Source: a virus. From it: a stretch of DNA of 64,000 nucleotides. Where the stretch lies: IMG/VR virus record IMGVR_UViG_3300022903_000002, positions 1-64,000 of that record. One strand, written 5' to 3'. A model generated the notes under the pieces. It made no database searches. It was not told the DNA's origin and saw nothing but the letters and a program-made list of their open reading frames with translations. Of this stretch, positions 9,349 to 19,233 are shown piece after piece. Position numbers and translations under genes: made by a program. Numbering within the stretch: the stretch's first letter is position 1; each line of letters begins with the position of its first letter.

Positions 9349-10662
9349 ATGGCCGTCAGCACAAGACTCCGCTGGGAGATCCTCCGCCGTGATCGATTCG
9401 CGTGCCGGTACTGCGGTGCCCGCGCACTAAAGGACGGTGTGGTGCTCGAGGTCGACCACGTGCTCCCCAGGGTCCTCGGCGGCAAGGACAGGGCCGACAA
9501 CCTCGTGGCGGCATGCGAAGCCTGCAATAGCGGTAAGGGATCTACACACCCGGACTCACCGCTCATCGAGGACGTCGAAGCAGATGCGCTGCGGTGGGCG
9601 CGCGTGGTCAAGCGCGCCGGGCAGAAGGTGATGGCCGATCAGGCGGCGCTTGAAGACCTGCTCAGCGAGTTCGAGGAAGCGTGGGACCGCTGGGGATACG
9701 GCGACGGCGACGAACGCCAGACGATTCCCAAGGCGCCCGACTGGGAGCGGCGCGTAACGCGCCTACTGGTCGGCGGCATTCCGATGCCTCTTCTCCTTGA
9801 GTGCATCCCGCCGGCCATGGCTGAGCAGAGACGATCACATGAGGCTCGATTCCAGGGCATGTGTGAGGCCGCGCAAGCGAAGCTCAACCAGTTGCGCCGC
9901 ACGGCTGACCGTGTGGTGCGTGACGGGCAACTTGAGCCGGACTTTGCGGCTCTCAGTGTGCCCGCGTTTGCCGAGTCGCTCCTTGAGTACCTGAGCGATG
10001 GCGAGCGGGAAGCCGCGCTCAACAGGATGCGCGAAAACTACGACGAGGACATTGAACTACTCGCAGTCGACACGGCGTTTAGTGAGCTCGTAACCGACCG
10101 GTTGAGCCTGCTCAATGCACTGGAGAGACTCCTCGGTTTCTATCCACAGGATGAGGTCGCCAAAGCGAAGCGCCAGGCGCGAGAAGACTTGATCGAGTTT
10201 GTAGGGACGGCGTCTGAAGCCGAGGCCGCAGCATCCGCAGCGCTGGCTGTAGCGACCTACCGTGATGCGCTTGCGTTCATCGGCGGGCTCCCCGAGATCG
10301 AACGAAACGCTTGGCTCGACTACGTCAGAGCATGGTCGCACGGGGAACTCGATGATCGGGCTATTGCTATCCAGGCCGCCGAGGTCGCACAGCGGGCATC
10401 TCAGGGGCTAGGCAGTTGCCTTCGGGGGATGTGTGAAGGCCCTTCCAAGGACAGCCCAATCAATCGTTGTCCAATGCCCGCAACGCATTCCGTGTTCATA
10501 GAGGCGTGCGTTGGCTGTGAGGGGGAGGGTCTCGCTGGCTGCGATGGCACGCACTCGGTTTGCGAGCGACACCTTACGGCTCTTATCGACGAGGAAATCG
10601 TTCGGCCGAATGGCGAAACAGTCAAGATCCGGGACTTCGCCGAGCTGGCGGTGTCCGCCTGA
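9349..10662 (+). CDS. HNH endonuclease domain fused to long unknown C-terminal region
   Basis: 'LRWEILRRDRFACRYCG...LEVDHV.P...GG....NLVAACEACN.GK'. Confidence 0.85.
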   Translation: MAVSTRLRWEILRRDRFACRYCGARALKDGVVLEVDHVLPRVLGGKDRADNLVAACEACNSGKGSTHPDSPLIEDVEADALRWARVVKRAGQKVMADQAALEDLLSEFEEAWDRWGYGDGDERQTIPKAPDWERRVTRLLVGGIPMPLLLECIPPAMAEQRRSHEARFQGMCEAAQAKLNQLRRTADRVVRDGQLEPDFAALSVPAFAESLLEYLSDGEREAALNRMRENYDEDIELLAVDTAFSELVTDRLSLLNALERLLGFYPQDEVAKAKRQAREDLIEFVGTASEAEAAASAALAVATYRDALAFIGGLPEIERNAWLDYVRAWSHGELDDRAIAIQAAEVAQRASQGLGSCLRGMCEGPSKDSPINRCPMPATHSVFIEACVGCEGEGLAGCDGTHSVCERHLTALIDEEIVRPNGETVKIRDFAELAVSA

Positions 10663-11609
10663 TGGGACGCAGCTTCGGGCGAGTCCTCGCCAGCATCTGG
10701 GACGACGACGACTTCCAGGCCGTGCCGCGGACAGCGCAGTGCCAATACGTCTTCCTACTGTCCCAGTCCGACCTTGAGCACTCCGGGGTCATTCCGCTGC
10801 GGGAGCGGCGCTGGGCCAAGTCGTGTGACGAGCTGACGAAGGATCAGATCGCCGAGGACCTGAAGGCGCTCGCGGCCGGCCGCTTCATTGAGGTTGATGA
10901 GGACACCGAGGAGCTGCTTGTCCGGTCGCTGATTCGTCGGGACGAGGTGTGGAAGCAGCCGAACGTCTTCAAGTCGGCGGCGGCAAGCGTGATGGCCGTG
11001 AAGTCCGCGCGGATCAAAGCCGTGCTCTATGGCGAACTGAAGCGGCTCGATCTTTCCAATGCATCTGAAGAGGTGAGGAGGGTTCGCGATGGGTTGCTCG
11101 CTCATTTGGAACCCTTCGCTAAGGGTTCGGAAAGGGTAGGCGAAGGGTTCGCGGAGGGTACCCATCTTGAACAGGGGAAGGGGGAGAGTAACGGTGAGGA
11201 AGTAGAGGATTCCCCTTCCCCCTTTCCTTCGTCCCCGGAGCCTGCTTCGCAGCCCGACGAGCCTGAGCCGGCACGCGAAGACGTCGAACGGCTCTGCGCC
11301 CACCTCGCGGACCGTCTTGTCGAGAACGGCTGTAAACAGCCGACCATCACGAAGACGTGGCGCGATGCAGCCCGGCTGCTCCTGGACAAAGACGGTCGTA
11401 CCGAGGACCAGGTCCGGCGGGCCATCGACTGGTGCCAGAACGACAGCTTCTGGAAGTCGAACGTCATGAGCATGCCGAAGCTCCGCGAGAAGTACGACAC
11501 CTTGCGGCTTCGAGCTGAGGAAGAACGCAACACCCGTGCGTCACCCAACGGCAAGAAAGCCCCGCGCCCCGACATCAACCAACGTGACGAATGGAAACTC
11601 AGCCGATGA
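10662..11609 (+). CDS. Phage replication initiator protein
   Basis: N-terminal 'SIWDD.DF' wHTH-type region, low-complexity linker carrying iterons, C-terminal 'FWKSNVMSMPKLREKYD'; directly upstream of helicase. Confidence 0.8.
   Translation: MGRSFGRVLASIWDDDDFQAVPRTAQCQYVFLLSQSDLEHSGVIPLRERRWAKSCDELTKDQIAEDLKALAAGRFIEVDEDTEELLVRSLIRRDEVWKQPNVFKSAAASVMAVKSARIKAVLYGELKRLDLSNASEEVRRVRDGLLAHLEPFAKGSERVGEGFAEGTHLEQGKGESNGEEVEDSPSPFPSSPEPASQPDEPEPAREDVERLCAHLADRLVENGCKQPTITKTWRDAARLLLDKDGRTEDQVRRAIDWCQNDSFWKSNVMSMPKLREKYDTLRLRAEEERNTRASPNGKKAPRPDINQRDEWKLSR
11079..11230 (+). repeat. Putative replication origin: AGGGT(T/A) iterons at 11-bp spacing plus purine/pyrimidine inverted tract
   Basis: AGGGTTCG 11079, 11122, 11144; AGGGTAGG 11133; AGGGTACC 11155; one inverted copy ~11109-11116; then AGGGGAAGGGG ... 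CCCCTTCCCCCT. Confidence 0.7.
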
Positions 11610-12916
11610 CCACAGCGGACATCCTCTCGCTGCCGCAGCCTCCCGCTGACGACTACGACCTCCCGCCCCACGACATGATCGCCGAGCAGTCCGTCCTCGG
11701 TGCGATGCTCTTGTCGGAGAACGCTCTGGAGAAGGCACAGTCGGCGCTGTCCGCAGGCGACTTCTTCCGGCCGGCCCACGGGACGATCTTCGATGCCTGC
11801 CGCGCCGTGAAGCGTGCGGGCGATGCCGTTGACGCGATCACGGTGAAGGCGCACCTCGAAGGCACTGGTGAGCTGCCCCGCGTTGGCGGCGCCCCGTACC
11901 TCTACCGGCTGATCGAGAGTGTCCCGTCCGTCGCGAACCTCGGCCACTACGCCGAGATCGTCCGGGAGCACGCGGTCCGCCGCCGCATCATCGACGCCGG
12001 ACACAGCGTGATCCGCCTGGCCCGCGAGCAGGGCGGCGTAGCGGCGCACGGTATCGCCGAGCGGGCCGTCCGCGAACTCGAAGCCGTCCGAGACTTCGGT
12101 GGCGATGACAACCTGACCACACAGACGATCCACGAGTTCCTGGCGGTGCCGGACGAGGACTACGACTGGGTGGTCCCGGGTCTGCTCGAGCGCGGAGACC
12201 GGCTGATCCTCACCGGCCAGGAGGGCGCAGGCAAGTCGACCCTGTTCCGCCAGTTGGCGGTGACGATCGCGGCGGGCGTGCACCCGTTCAGCGGGACGGA
12301 CATCGAGCCGAAGCGCTGCCTGATCGTGGACTGCGAGAACGGCCCGGCGCATACCCGACGGAAGATCCGGCCGCTGGTCACGCAGGCGAACGTGCAGGGC
12401 AAGCCGATCAAGGAGTCGAACCTGTGGGTAGAACTCCGGCCCGAGGGCTTGGACCTGGCGCTGGACCGGGATGTGTCGTGGTTGCTGCGGATGGTGTCGC
12501 AGATCGACCCGGACGTGGTCCTGCTGGGTCCTCTGTACCGGATGGTGCCGCGGGCGCTGAACACCGATGACGATGTAGCGCCGATCCTCGCGACGCTGAA
12601 CCTGATCCGAGCCCGCGGTGCTTGTGTGCTCGTTGAGGCGCACGCCGGCCACGCGCTCGGTGTCGGCGGCCGTCGCGACCTGCGTCCGCGCGGCTCGTCG
12701 GCACTGCTGGGCTGGCCGGAGTTCGGCTACGGCATCCGGTTCTCCGACTCGGAGCAGGCGAGGCAGAAGCGCACCGTGGACCTGGTGCCGTGGCGTGGCG
12801 ACCGCGACGAGCGGGACTGGCCGGAGTGCCTCACTGCTGGCGGCGTGTGGCCGTGGCGGGAGCACCTTGAGGGGTTCGACCCTGACGCGTGGAGTCCAAC
12901 GGCAGGCATGTCATGA
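11606..12916 (+). CDS. Replicative helicase (DnaB N-terminal domain + AAA_25/RepA-type ATPase)
   Basis: 'PPHD..AEQSVLGAML', Walker A 'GQEGAGKST'. Confidence 0.88.
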   Translation: MTTADILSLPQPPADDYDLPPHDMIAEQSVLGAMLLSENALEKAQSALSAGDFFRPAHGTIFDACRAVKRAGDAVDAITVKAHLEGTGELPRVGGAPYLYRLIESVPSVANLGHYAEIVREHAVRRRIIDAGHSVIRLAREQGGVAAHGIAERAVRELEAVRDFGGDDNLTTQTIHEFLAVPDEDYDWVVPGLLERGDRLILTGQEGAGKSTLFRQLAVTIAAGVHPFSGTDIEPKRCLIVDCENGPAHTRRKIRPLVTQANVQGKPIKESNLWVELRPEGLDLALDRDVSWLLRMVSQIDPDVVLLGPLYRMVPRALNTDDDVAPILATLNLIRARGACVLVEAHAGHALGVGGRRDLRPRGSSALLGWPEFGYGIRFSDSEQARQKRTVDLVPWRGDRDERDWPECLTAGGVWPWREHLEGFDPDAWSPTAGMS

Positions 12917-13116
12917 CGCATCCCTTCGCTGACTGCTGCCCGGAGTGTGGGCCTGCGCTGAGGACGCCGCCTGTCGCGCCTCACACAGTCCAGGATCTTG
13001 AGGCTCCGAACGTTCGGGCTCTGTACCGCTGCCCGACGTGCGGCCACACGTGGTTCACGGGCTGGAACTCGGAGTTCGTTCTGGGTGAGCGGGAGTCCGC
13101 GGGCGGTGCCGCATGA
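12913..13116 (+). CDS. Small Zn-ribbon protein
   Basis: CPEC...CPTCGH. Confidence 0.65.
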   Translation: MTHPFADCCPECGPALRTPPVAPHTVQDLEAPNVRALYRCPTCGHTWFTGWNSEFVLGERESAGGAA

Positions 13117-13643
13117 GCGCGCTGTTCGAGGTCCCGAGCCTGCCCGAGGGCGGTGATGGTGGCGCGGTCATCAGCGCGGACCGCCGCTACCGCTACTACC
13201 TGCGACGCACCTTTGACGACACCCTGCCTATCTGCGGCGTTGTGATGCTCAACCCGTCCACCGCTGACGAGACGAAGCTCGATCCGACGCTGCGTCGCGT
13301 TCTTGGCTACTGCCGGCGTTGGGGCTTCGGCGGGTTCCGGATCGCGAACCTGTTCGCCCTCCGCGCCACGGACCCACGCGAGCTGCTCACCGCTGACGAT
13401 CCGGTCGGGCCGGACAACGACGCGTGGCTGCGGAGCCTGATCACTGAGGTTGACCGCGTCGTCGTCGGCTGGGGGACTGGTCGCTACCCGCGCATCGGGA
13501 ACCGGTGGGAGCGGGTCGCTGAGATCCTCGCGCCCGCGAAGCCGGTGTGCCTGGCCACCGCGAAAGATGGCCAGCCGTGCCACCCGCTCTACCAGCGGGC
13601 TGACCTGACGCCCGTCGCATGGTATCCGGGGGTGGCGGCATGA
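13113..13643 (+). CDS. DUF1643 family protein
   Basis: 'MLNPSTAD....DPT', 'NLFALRAT.P', 'G.P.HPLY'. Confidence 0.92.
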   Translation: MSALFEVPSLPEGGDGGAVISADRRYRYYLRRTFDDTLPICGVVMLNPSTADETKLDPTLRRVLGYCRRWGFGGFRIANLFALRATDPRELLTADDPVGPDNDAWLRSLITEVDRVVVGWGTGRYPRIGNRWERVAEILAPAKPVCLATAKDGQPCHPLYQRADLTPVAWYPGVAA

Positions 13644-13777
13644 GCGCGACGGACTGCGGCCTGTGCAGCCACCCGGCCCACAGCATCCGCGAGTGCCCGG
13701 CAACCAACGAGTTCGGCCAGTGTGTGTGCTGGTGGTACATGCCGGCTGCTGTGTACGCGGCGAGGTGCGCCGCATGA
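13640..13777 (+). CDS. Small Cys-rich protein (45 aa, not in ORF track)
   Basis: ATGA-coupled at both ends; CGLC.HP.H...C...C.C. Confidence 0.55.
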   Translation: MSATDCGLCSHPAHSIRECPATNEFGQCVCWWYMPAAVYAARCAA

Positions 13778-13992
13778 CGACTCCCGTGCGGGTCACGGTT
13801 CCCCGCCCTGCTCAGCCCACCTACATCCCCGGCCGGTGCTACGCGCTGGCGACGCCGGACGACACGTCCGCGCATTGCATGGCTGAGGGTGCCCGCTTCT
13901 ACCCGTGCGGGTGGCGCTGTGACGCGCACTCGCCTGCGGCACTCAGAGCATCCCGCGAAACATCCCCAACCCGAATGGAGCAAGCAGCATGA
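13774..13992 (+). CDS. Small Cys/His protein
   Basis: Coupled ORF; 'YPCGWRC..H.P'. Confidence 0.6.
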   Translation: MTTPVRVTVPRPAQPTYIPGRCYALATPDDTSAHCMAEGARFYPCGWRCDAHSPAALRASRETSPTRMEQAA

Positions 13993-14327
13993 AGATCCGC
14001 ATCTATGGCGCCAGCGACGACCTGATCGAGGTCGAAGGCTGCACAGGTGCCGACGAGTTCAACAGCTACGAGAAGGGCTACGCGATGTGGCGCGGCGACC
14101 TCCGCGCGCCCGACGGCCAGGTCATGCGCGCGCACGCCGTGCTCAGCAACGACGGCTGCTGGAGCATCGCCCTCGGCCAGGCCGACGAGGACAGGCCGTT
14201 TCCTGCTTGGCCGGTCACGATCGCCCAGCACCGGAGCCTGCTGTACTCGACCGTGGCCGAGATCGAGGCGCCGGACGGCACCGAACTGGTCCACACGTGG
14301 CCGGCCCAGGGCAGCGACGATGACTGA
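13989..14327 (+). CDS. Hypothetical phage protein
   Basis: 'IYGASDDLIEVEG' start, coupled. Confidence 0.75.
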   Translation: MKIRIYGASDDLIEVEGCTGADEFNSYEKGYAMWRGDLRAPDGQVMRAHAVLSNDGCWSIALGQADEDRPFPAWPVTIAQHRSLLYSTVAEIEAPDGTELVHTWPAQGSDDD

Positions 14328-14619
14328 CCCGCGCACCGTCCTCGACACGCCGATGGGCGACAACGACGCCAACGCGGACACGATCCGCGACTACCTGGTC
14401 TGCCTACTGGCGGACGTGTGGAAGCACGGCGAGGGCTTCAACGGCAAGCGCCCATTCGGCAACTCCGGCTGGGAGTGGGAGCTGTACGCCGCTCTCGTCA
14501 AGGCGGGACACATCACTGGCCGGTTCGATGAGGACGGATTCATCGAGGACGCCGACCGGCAAGCCGGCGATGCTCTCGTTGCCGCTGCGATTGAGTCCTT
14601 GGGCGAGGTGACCGTCTGA
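14320..14619 (+). CDS. Hypothetical phage protein
   Basis: 'EGFNGKRPFGNSGW'; coupled. Confidence 0.75.
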   Translation: MTDPRTVLDTPMGDNDANADTIRDYLVCLLADVWKHGEGFNGKRPFGNSGWEWELYAALVKAGHITGRFDEDGFIEDADRQAGDALVAAAIESLGEVTV

Positions 14620-14990
14620 TGGCCCCCACCGAGACCTTGAACCGGATGCACATCAACCGGCCGGCGACCATCGCGATCCGCCGCATCATGCCCTGCCCGA
14701 CCGAGGGTGTCCGCCGCCGCTTCGCCGCCCACGATGCGCTCTGGTACGGGCCGACGTGGACATGCCTCGGCTGCGGCGACTCCTTCGGTGATGGGGAGCG
14801 GTTGGAGCGCCCGTTCAAGCCCCGCTGGCGCGAAGAGGCGAAGGCGCACGCCCGCGAGCTGTGGGAGCGGGGCGTCCGCTGCGGCTCACCGGAGCATCAG
14901 GTCTGGCTCGACGAGCAGGTCGCTCCGTACCGCGAGACCGAAGACATCGAACTTCCCGACACCTCCACCATCCGAACGGAGACAGCATGA
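14619..14990 (+). CDS. Hypothetical protein (Zn-ribbon)
   Basis: CPTE...CLGCG; TGATG coupling. Confidence 0.65.
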   Translation: MAPTETLNRMHINRPATIAIRRIMPCPTEGVRRRFAAHDALWYGPTWTCLGCGDSFGDGERLERPFKPRWREEAKAHARELWERGVRCGSPEHQVWLDEQVAPYRETEDIELPDTSTIRTETA

Positions 14991-15505
14991 CCACCACCAC
15001 AACCGACCCCGACCCGCGTATCGGAACCTTCGACGTCGACACCTGGCAGGCCATCCCTGCACCCAAACCAGGCGACTGTGACCCCGAGGAGCGTCTCGGC
15101 GGCCACTGCATCGTCGCGGGGGACTGCGATGAGGCGGACGTGTGGATCGAGGTGACCGCCGAATACCCCGAGAAGGTCGCCGAGTTCATCGTGCAGGCCG
15201 TCCAGAACGAATGGGCCGCCGTGAACAGCAGCGTGCCCGTCAAGGTTCCCGACTACGACCTGCGCGACGACCTCCAGAGCCTGACGTCGCCATGGCCCGG
15301 TGCGGTCTGGATCAAAGACGTGATCGCGCACGTCGAACCGGAGCTGGTGAAGCTCCGCGAGGAACGCGACCTGGCCATCGCCCACGACCGGCAGCCGTAC
15401 CCGACCGCTTGGGCGTACACGCAGGCATGCAAGGCGCTGGAATACCACCGCCAACGCGCTGACAAGGCGGAGGCCGAGTTGGCGCGGATCGGAGGCGGGC
15501 ACTGA
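14987..15505 (+). CDS. Hypothetical protein
   Basis: Coupled ORF with RBS. Confidence 0.65.
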   Translation: MTTTTTDPDPRIGTFDVDTWQAIPAPKPGDCDPEERLGGHCIVAGDCDEADVWIEVTAEYPEKVAEFIVQAVQNEWAAVNSSVPVKVPDYDLRDDLQSLTSPWPGAVWIKDVIAHVEPELVKLREERDLAIAHDRQPYPTAWAYTQACKALEYHRQRADKAEAELARIGGGH

Positions 15506-16011
15506 TGGCCGCCGGGGACACCGCCATCACGATATGCGGGAACCTGGTCGACGACCCGAGCCTCCGTTTCACTCCGTCGGGCCAGGCTGTGGCGAACTTC
15601 CGTGTCGCCTCCACACCCCGCTACAAGGACCAGCAGAGCGGCGAGTGGAAAGACGGTGAAGGACTCTTCCTCACCTGCAACGTGTGGCGTCAAGCCGCCG
15701 AGCACGCCGCCGAAAGTCTTCAGCGCGGCATGCGCGTCATCGTCCAGGGACGCCTCAAGCAGCGCTCGTATGAGACCCGTGAGGGTGAGAAGCGGACGGT
15801 CTACGAGATCGAGGTCGATGACTTCGGCCCGTCGCTGAAGAACGCCACGGCGAAGGTCGAGAAAGCGCAGCGGCAGGGCGGTCAGTCTCAGGGCGGGTTC
15901 GGTCAGCAGGGCGGCCAGCAGCCTCCGCGGGGCGGTAGCCAGCCGGCCGACGACCCGTGGGCAACCGGCGGCGGTGGCGGTGGAGGGTTCGATGATAAGC
16001 CGCCCTTCTAG
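15505..16011 (+). CDS. ssb: Single-stranded DNA-binding protein
   Basis: 'GNLVDDP.LRFTPSG.AVANF.VAST', Gly/Gln linker, C-terminal 'DDKPPF'. Confidence 0.97.
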   Translation: MAAGDTAITICGNLVDDPSLRFTPSGQAVANFRVASTPRYKDQQSGEWKDGEGLFLTCNVWRQAAEHAAESLQRGMRVIVQGRLKQRSYETREGEKRTVYEIEVDDFGPSLKNATAKVEKAQRQGGQSQGGFGQQGGQQPPRGGSQPADDPWATGGGGGGGFDDKPPF

Positions 16012-16486
16012 CCTGCGGATTCTCGTCACAGGGAGCCGTGACTGGTCCGACCCCGACCTGCTCGGTAAGGTCCTGTACGAGGTGATCAACGACAGCGGCG
16101 CGGACGAGTTCACGATCGTGCACGGCAAGTGCCCTCGCGGGGCCGATCAGATGACGACGGAGTTTTGTGAGTCCGAGGCCGCCTGGTTCGACAACATCGG
16201 CCAGGTCCTCGCCGAGGAGCCGCATCCGGCGATCTGGGATTCGTGCGGTCATGACTGCCCACAGAAACCCCACCGCATCACGAAGAAGCCGGGTGACGTC
16301 GACCATCCGGGGAACCTGCCGGACTACTGCCCGACGGCTGGCCCGCGGCGGAACCGGGCGATGGTCGGCCTGGGCGCGGACGTGTGTGTGGCGTTCTTCA
16401 AGAAGGGCGCCGCTAACTACGGCACCTCGGGCTGCGTGAAACTCGCCAAGGCCGCGGGCATCGTCGTGAAGCCGGTGAGCGGCTGA
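15992..16486 (+). CDS. SLOG superfamily protein (DUF2493/YspA-like)
   Basis: '[10 protein letters not shown]', 'IVHG.CP.GAD', 'AGPRRN..MV', 'D.CVAF'; GGAGG RBS before ATG 15992. Confidence 0.8.
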   Translation: MISRPSSLRILVTGSRDWSDPDLLGKVLYEVINDSGADEFTIVHGKCPRGADQMTTEFCESEAAWFDNIGQVLAEEPHPAIWDSCGHDCPQKPHRITKKPGDVDHPGNLPDYCPTAGPRRNRAMVGLGADVCVAFFKKGAANYGTSGCVKLAKAAGIVVKPVSG

Positions 16487-17298
16487 TGTATGACCACGGC
16501 ACCTACGCGAAGTACAAGCTCGACAACTGCCGCTGCTACCCGTGCTGCGGCGCCGGGTCTGCGTATCGGATGAACCGGTCACGGGCGATCGCCTACGGCA
16601 CGTGGCAGCCCTTCGTCGACGCCGAACCGGTCCGCCAGCACATTCAGCACCTCCGCGGGTGCGGGCTTGGGATGCGGCGGATCGCAGAGCTGGCCGGAGT
16701 CGACCAATGCCAGATGCGTCGCATCGTCAACGGGATGCGCGGTAAGCCCCCGATCGCGCGCATGAGGCCGGCGAACGCTCAGGCGATCCTTGCCGTGGAG
16801 CCAACCCTCGACAACATCGCACCGAAAACCGTCATCGATGCGGCGGGCTCGCGCCGGCGCCTGCAGGCCTTGGTCTGCCTCGGCTGGTCGCAGTCGAAGC
16901 TCGCTGATCGGCTGGGGATGACGGTCCGGAACTTCTCCACTCTGATGCGGACGCCGCGGATCACGGCGGGGAAGGCCCGCCAGATCCGCGCACTGTACGA
17001 CGCCCTGTGGGATCAGGCGCCGCCGGAAGCGACGCATCACGAGAAGAGCGCTGCTTCGCGCGCCCGGAACTACGCGAACGCTCGCAGGTGGCTCCCACCG
17101 ATGGCATGGGACGACGACCTGATCGACTTGCCAGCAGCCGAGCTCGTCACCGAGTTGAAGCGGCGGATCGATCAGATGGACGACGCCGAGATGCGGAGTC
17201 ACCGCTATGCCCGCTACACGCTCGGGGAGCGCTCCCCGTTGATTGCTGCGGCGGCGCGCGAGTTCGAGCGCCGGCGCTTGTCGAAGGTGGCGTCATGA
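16486..17298 (+). CDS. HTH DNA-binding protein with N-terminal Cys motif
   Basis: 'HGT...Y....CRC..C', two HTH-like segments, 'RRLQALV.LGWS'. Confidence 0.75.
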   Translation: MYDHGTYAKYKLDNCRCYPCCGAGSAYRMNRSRAIAYGTWQPFVDAEPVRQHIQHLRGCGLGMRRIAELAGVDQCQMRRIVNGMRGKPPIARMRPANAQAILAVEPTLDNIAPKTVIDAAGSRRRLQALVCLGWSQSKLADRLGMTVRNFSTLMRTPRITAGKARQIRALYDALWDQAPPEATHHEKSAASRARNYANARRWLPPMAWDDDLIDLPAAELVTELKRRIDQMDDAEMRSHRYARYTLGERSPLIAAAAREFERRRLSKVAS

Positions 17299-17531
17299 CT
17301 GCGGCTACGCCCACGATCGCCCCGTGTGAGCGCTGCCGTCTGACCCGCCCGGTGTGGCCGTACATCCCACGCCACGAGGGGCACGGCGCGGACGAGCCTG
17401 CGCTGTTGAACTGCCGCTGGTGCATGGCCACGGAGCAGGGGCGCCCTCAGCCGCTCCTGTGCGTGGGCTGCACGCAGGTTGAGGCCGCGGAAGAGTCCGG
17501 GCGTCCGGTGCCGGCGGAGCCTGCCGCATGA
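17295..17531 (+). CDS. Small Cys-rich protein
   Basis: Three CxxC motifs; coupled. Confidence 0.55.
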   Translation: MTAATPTIAPCERCRLTRPVWPYIPRHEGHGADEPALLNCRWCMATEQGRPQPLLCVGCTQVEAAEESGRPVPAEPAA

Positions 17532-17587
17532 CTTCCCCCGCAGCGCCCGGACGGCGCCCTACACCTACCCGAAGGAGACCCGAGCAG

Positions 17588-18052
17588 GTGACTAGTGAGA
17601 CCACCAGTGCGGAGCCGAAGCCTCCCGTGATGGAGCATGTTCACACCTGGTTCAGCCTCTCGTACAGCAACTACGCGGTCCTGCCGCGGACGTTGCTGCA
17701 GTCGATGCCTGATGAATGGCAGGAACGCTTCGTCGCGCTGATCGGCGAGCTGTCGACGGCATACGCGCACATCGCGCATGCGCCGGGCTACAAGGTCGAC
17801 GCTGGCGACTGGGTGTACGTCCATGAGTGCGGCGCCGATGAGTTGAAGGCTGCGGGCGTGACCTGCTCGGACGATGACCCTGACTCGGCGGACAGCGACG
17901 AGATCGTCTACTACGACGCGGACGGCAATGAGATGGGGCCGGCGGGCCGGATTTTCATCGCCAGTGCCGATCCGGTTCCGCATTACAACCGGGGCCGGAC
18001 GTACATCGCTCCCCGCATCCGGGATGCCAAAGCGGACGCCAGCGATGACTGA
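17588..18052 (+). CDS. Hypothetical protein
   Basis: AAGGAG RBS; 'H.WF.LSY.NY.VLPR.LLQSMP.EWQ'. Confidence 0.7.
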   Translation: MTSETTSAEPKPPVMEHVHTWFSLSYSNYAVLPRTLLQSMPDEWQERFVALIGELSTAYAHIAHAPGYKVDAGDWVYVHECGADELKAAGVTCSDDDPDSADSDEIVYYDADGNEMGPAGRIFIASADPVPHYNRGRTYIAPRIRDAKADASDD

Positions 18053-18985
18053 GCACACCGAGCACAGCATGAGCCGCGACCTATACCGGCATTTCGTAGG
18101 GCAGAATTGGGCGCCGCTCATCCACATCCCTGCCGATATGAAGCACCAGGCGGATGCGGATCGCATCGCGGGCAGGTCGGCCCGGGTCATTGACATGCTC
18201 CTCATCCGTTCCGCCCGCAAGAAGGACATCGGCCCGTTCGATCTCCTTGCTATCGAGATCAAGGTGACCCGCGCTGACTTCTTCTCGGATGTACGGGAGC
18301 CCGCGAAGCAGGAGGCGTGGCGGAAGATCGCCCACCGGCACGCGTATGCGGTCCCCAAGGGGCTGGTGCGTAAGGAGGAAGTGCCGGCCGGGTCCGGTCT
18401 CCTTGAGGTCGGTCCTGGCTGGCCGGGCTCCACAGCCTCGGATGTGTCGTGGAAGGTTCGAGCGCCATATTCGGATAGCCCGGAGATGCCGCCGTCGCTG
18501 GTGATGACGATGGCGTACCGGGCAGCACATGCCGAAGCGAAGGTCCGCGGCTTCTCCTGGGATACCCGGAGCGACGCCGACCCGGAGGAGATGCGCGCCG
18601 AGCTAGTCCGGCTCCGACGGCAGGTTGAGGTGCTGAATAACCGGGTGGACCGCGCCGAAGCTGACCGGAACGCATGGCGGACAGCGTTTGCCGCGACGAG
18701 CGGCATCCCCTGCGGGACGTGCGGGCAGCCGATCCGACCGAAGAGCGTCCGCTCCGGCAACTACACGGACTGGCGGCATTGGACAAGGCGCACGATCCCG
18801 CGTGTCAGGAGATCCGCGAGAGCGCTGCGGAGGCTCGTGCTCGCGCCCGCTGGGACGACTTGGACGAGGAGCTCCGATTGCGCCACCTGGCGCGGCACGG
18901 CGACGAGGAGAAGCCGTGGCGGATCTACATGTGGGCTGTCGCCCCGATCCAACCGGCCGATATCGAGGACGAGGAGGCAGCATGA
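18045..18985 (+). CDS. MmcB-like PD-(D/E)xK nuclease, apparently frameshifted near 18779
   Basis: 'IDML...AIEIKVTRADF..D....K.....AHR..YAVP.GLV..EEVP...GLLEV'; natural C-terminus with ATGA coupling lies in the -1 frame. Confidence 0.65.
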
Positions 18986-19233
18986 CCGCCGCGTTCCGCT
19001 CTCTGGTGATGCTTCCCGGCCACTGCTCAGCATGCCGGCAGCCCGCAGAGCGGCATGCAGGGTCGGGCCGCTGGTGGCACCTGGGACAGCTGTGCGAGTG
19101 GCGGAGCGCCAGCATCTTCCGCCCTGTCGAGACCTACCCGCTTGAGGGCGGCGGCTACGAGATCGGCCCGTTGAAGGTCGACCTGCCCGCGCGGTTCATT
19201 CCCGACAGCCCGAAGGAGGAAGGCGATGACTGA
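18982..19233 (+). CDS. Small Cys/His protein
   Basis: GGAGG RBS, ATGA coupling. Confidence 0.6.
   Translation: MTAAFRSLVMLPGHCSACRQPAERHAGSGRWWHLGQLCEWRSASIFRPVETYPLEGGGYEIGPLKVDLPARFIPDSPKEEGDD

Noticed and set aside
11102-12865. Long minus-strand ORFs (e.g. 11102-12865, 17447-18760, 39597-40829, 62060-63193)
   Set aside because: Antisense shadows of high-GC coding genes; no motifs or RBS
13006-13017. CCGAACGTTCGG palindrome
   Set aside because: Inside a coding region with zero spacer; no promoter context
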